In this document: positions 63,999 through 64,000 of the stretch, piece by piece
Numbering within the stretch: position 1 is the first letter of the stretch
Layout: each line of letters begins with the position of its first letter
From: an uncultured Flavobacterium sp.
GTDB lineage: Bacteria > Bacteroidota > Bacteroidia > Flavobacteriales > Flavobacteriaceae
Assembly (NCBI GenBank): GCA_964409345.1
Contig: CAYPCZ010000001.1
Location: 92,346 to 156,345 of the forward strand
DNA: 64,000 bases
Reading direction: 5' to 3'
Translations under genes and position numbers: made by a program
The notes under the pieces: model-generated
Database searches by the model: none
Told to the model about the DNA's origin: nothing
Seen by the model: only the letters and a program-made list of their open reading frames with translations

Positions 63999-64000
63999 CC

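Noticed and set aside
1-64000. CRISPR arrays, rRNA, integrase/transposase genes, and stop-codon reassignment
   Set aside because: I saw no regularly spaced direct repeats and no rRNA-like conserved stretches. I saw no tyrosine or serine recombinase motifs and no DDE motifs. Long uninterrupted ORFs under the standard code argue against recoding.

Overview
This window reads as one contiguous piece of a large, very AT-rich tailed-phage-like genome, possibly a jumbo or huge phage. I saw no integrase, transposase, rRNA or CRISPR array. Genes are densely packed under the standard genetic code and carry AGGAG-type ribosome-binding sites.

Two gene arms converge at about 36.1 kb.

The plus arm (1-36.1 kb) is a replication, recombination and nucleotide-metabolism module:
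- DnaB-like helicase, DnaG-like primase, SSB-like protein and a NusG-like factor.
- N6-adenine methyltransferase, RuvC-like resolvase, RecB/Cas4-like nuclease and RNase H-like protein.
- An intein-containing DnaE (Pol III alpha).
- A double-domain glycosyltransferase.
- Class I ribonucleotide reductase (beta and alpha), ThyX and a cluster of one glycosyltransferase-like plus three methyltransferase-like genes.
- An ATP-dependent DNA ligase and two HNH-AP2 homing endonucleases.

The minus arm (36.1-64 kb) carries:
- A macro-domain protein, an AAA+ clamp loader and a KH-domain protein.
- A PG-binding/CHAP endolysin and an RlpA-like protein.
- Two lipoproteins.
- A DEXH helicase with an intein in its P-loop.
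- A sigma-70-family factor and a RuvB homolog.
- A GC-elevated island with a tandem paralog pair, plus many small unknown ORFs.

RNA genes found are tRNA-Gln(UUG), tRNA-Asn(GUU), tRNA-Arg(UCU), a degenerate tRNA-like element and a complete tmRNA.

The most unusual locus is the roughly 1.1-kb ORF-free, GC-elevated, terminator-capped region at 45.06-46.15 kb. There the tmRNA is embedded between a pseudoknot-capable 5' leader and a roughly 360-nt multi-helix 3' RNA that I cannot assign to any known family.

All protein calls rest on motifs read by eye from the translations. No database search was run.
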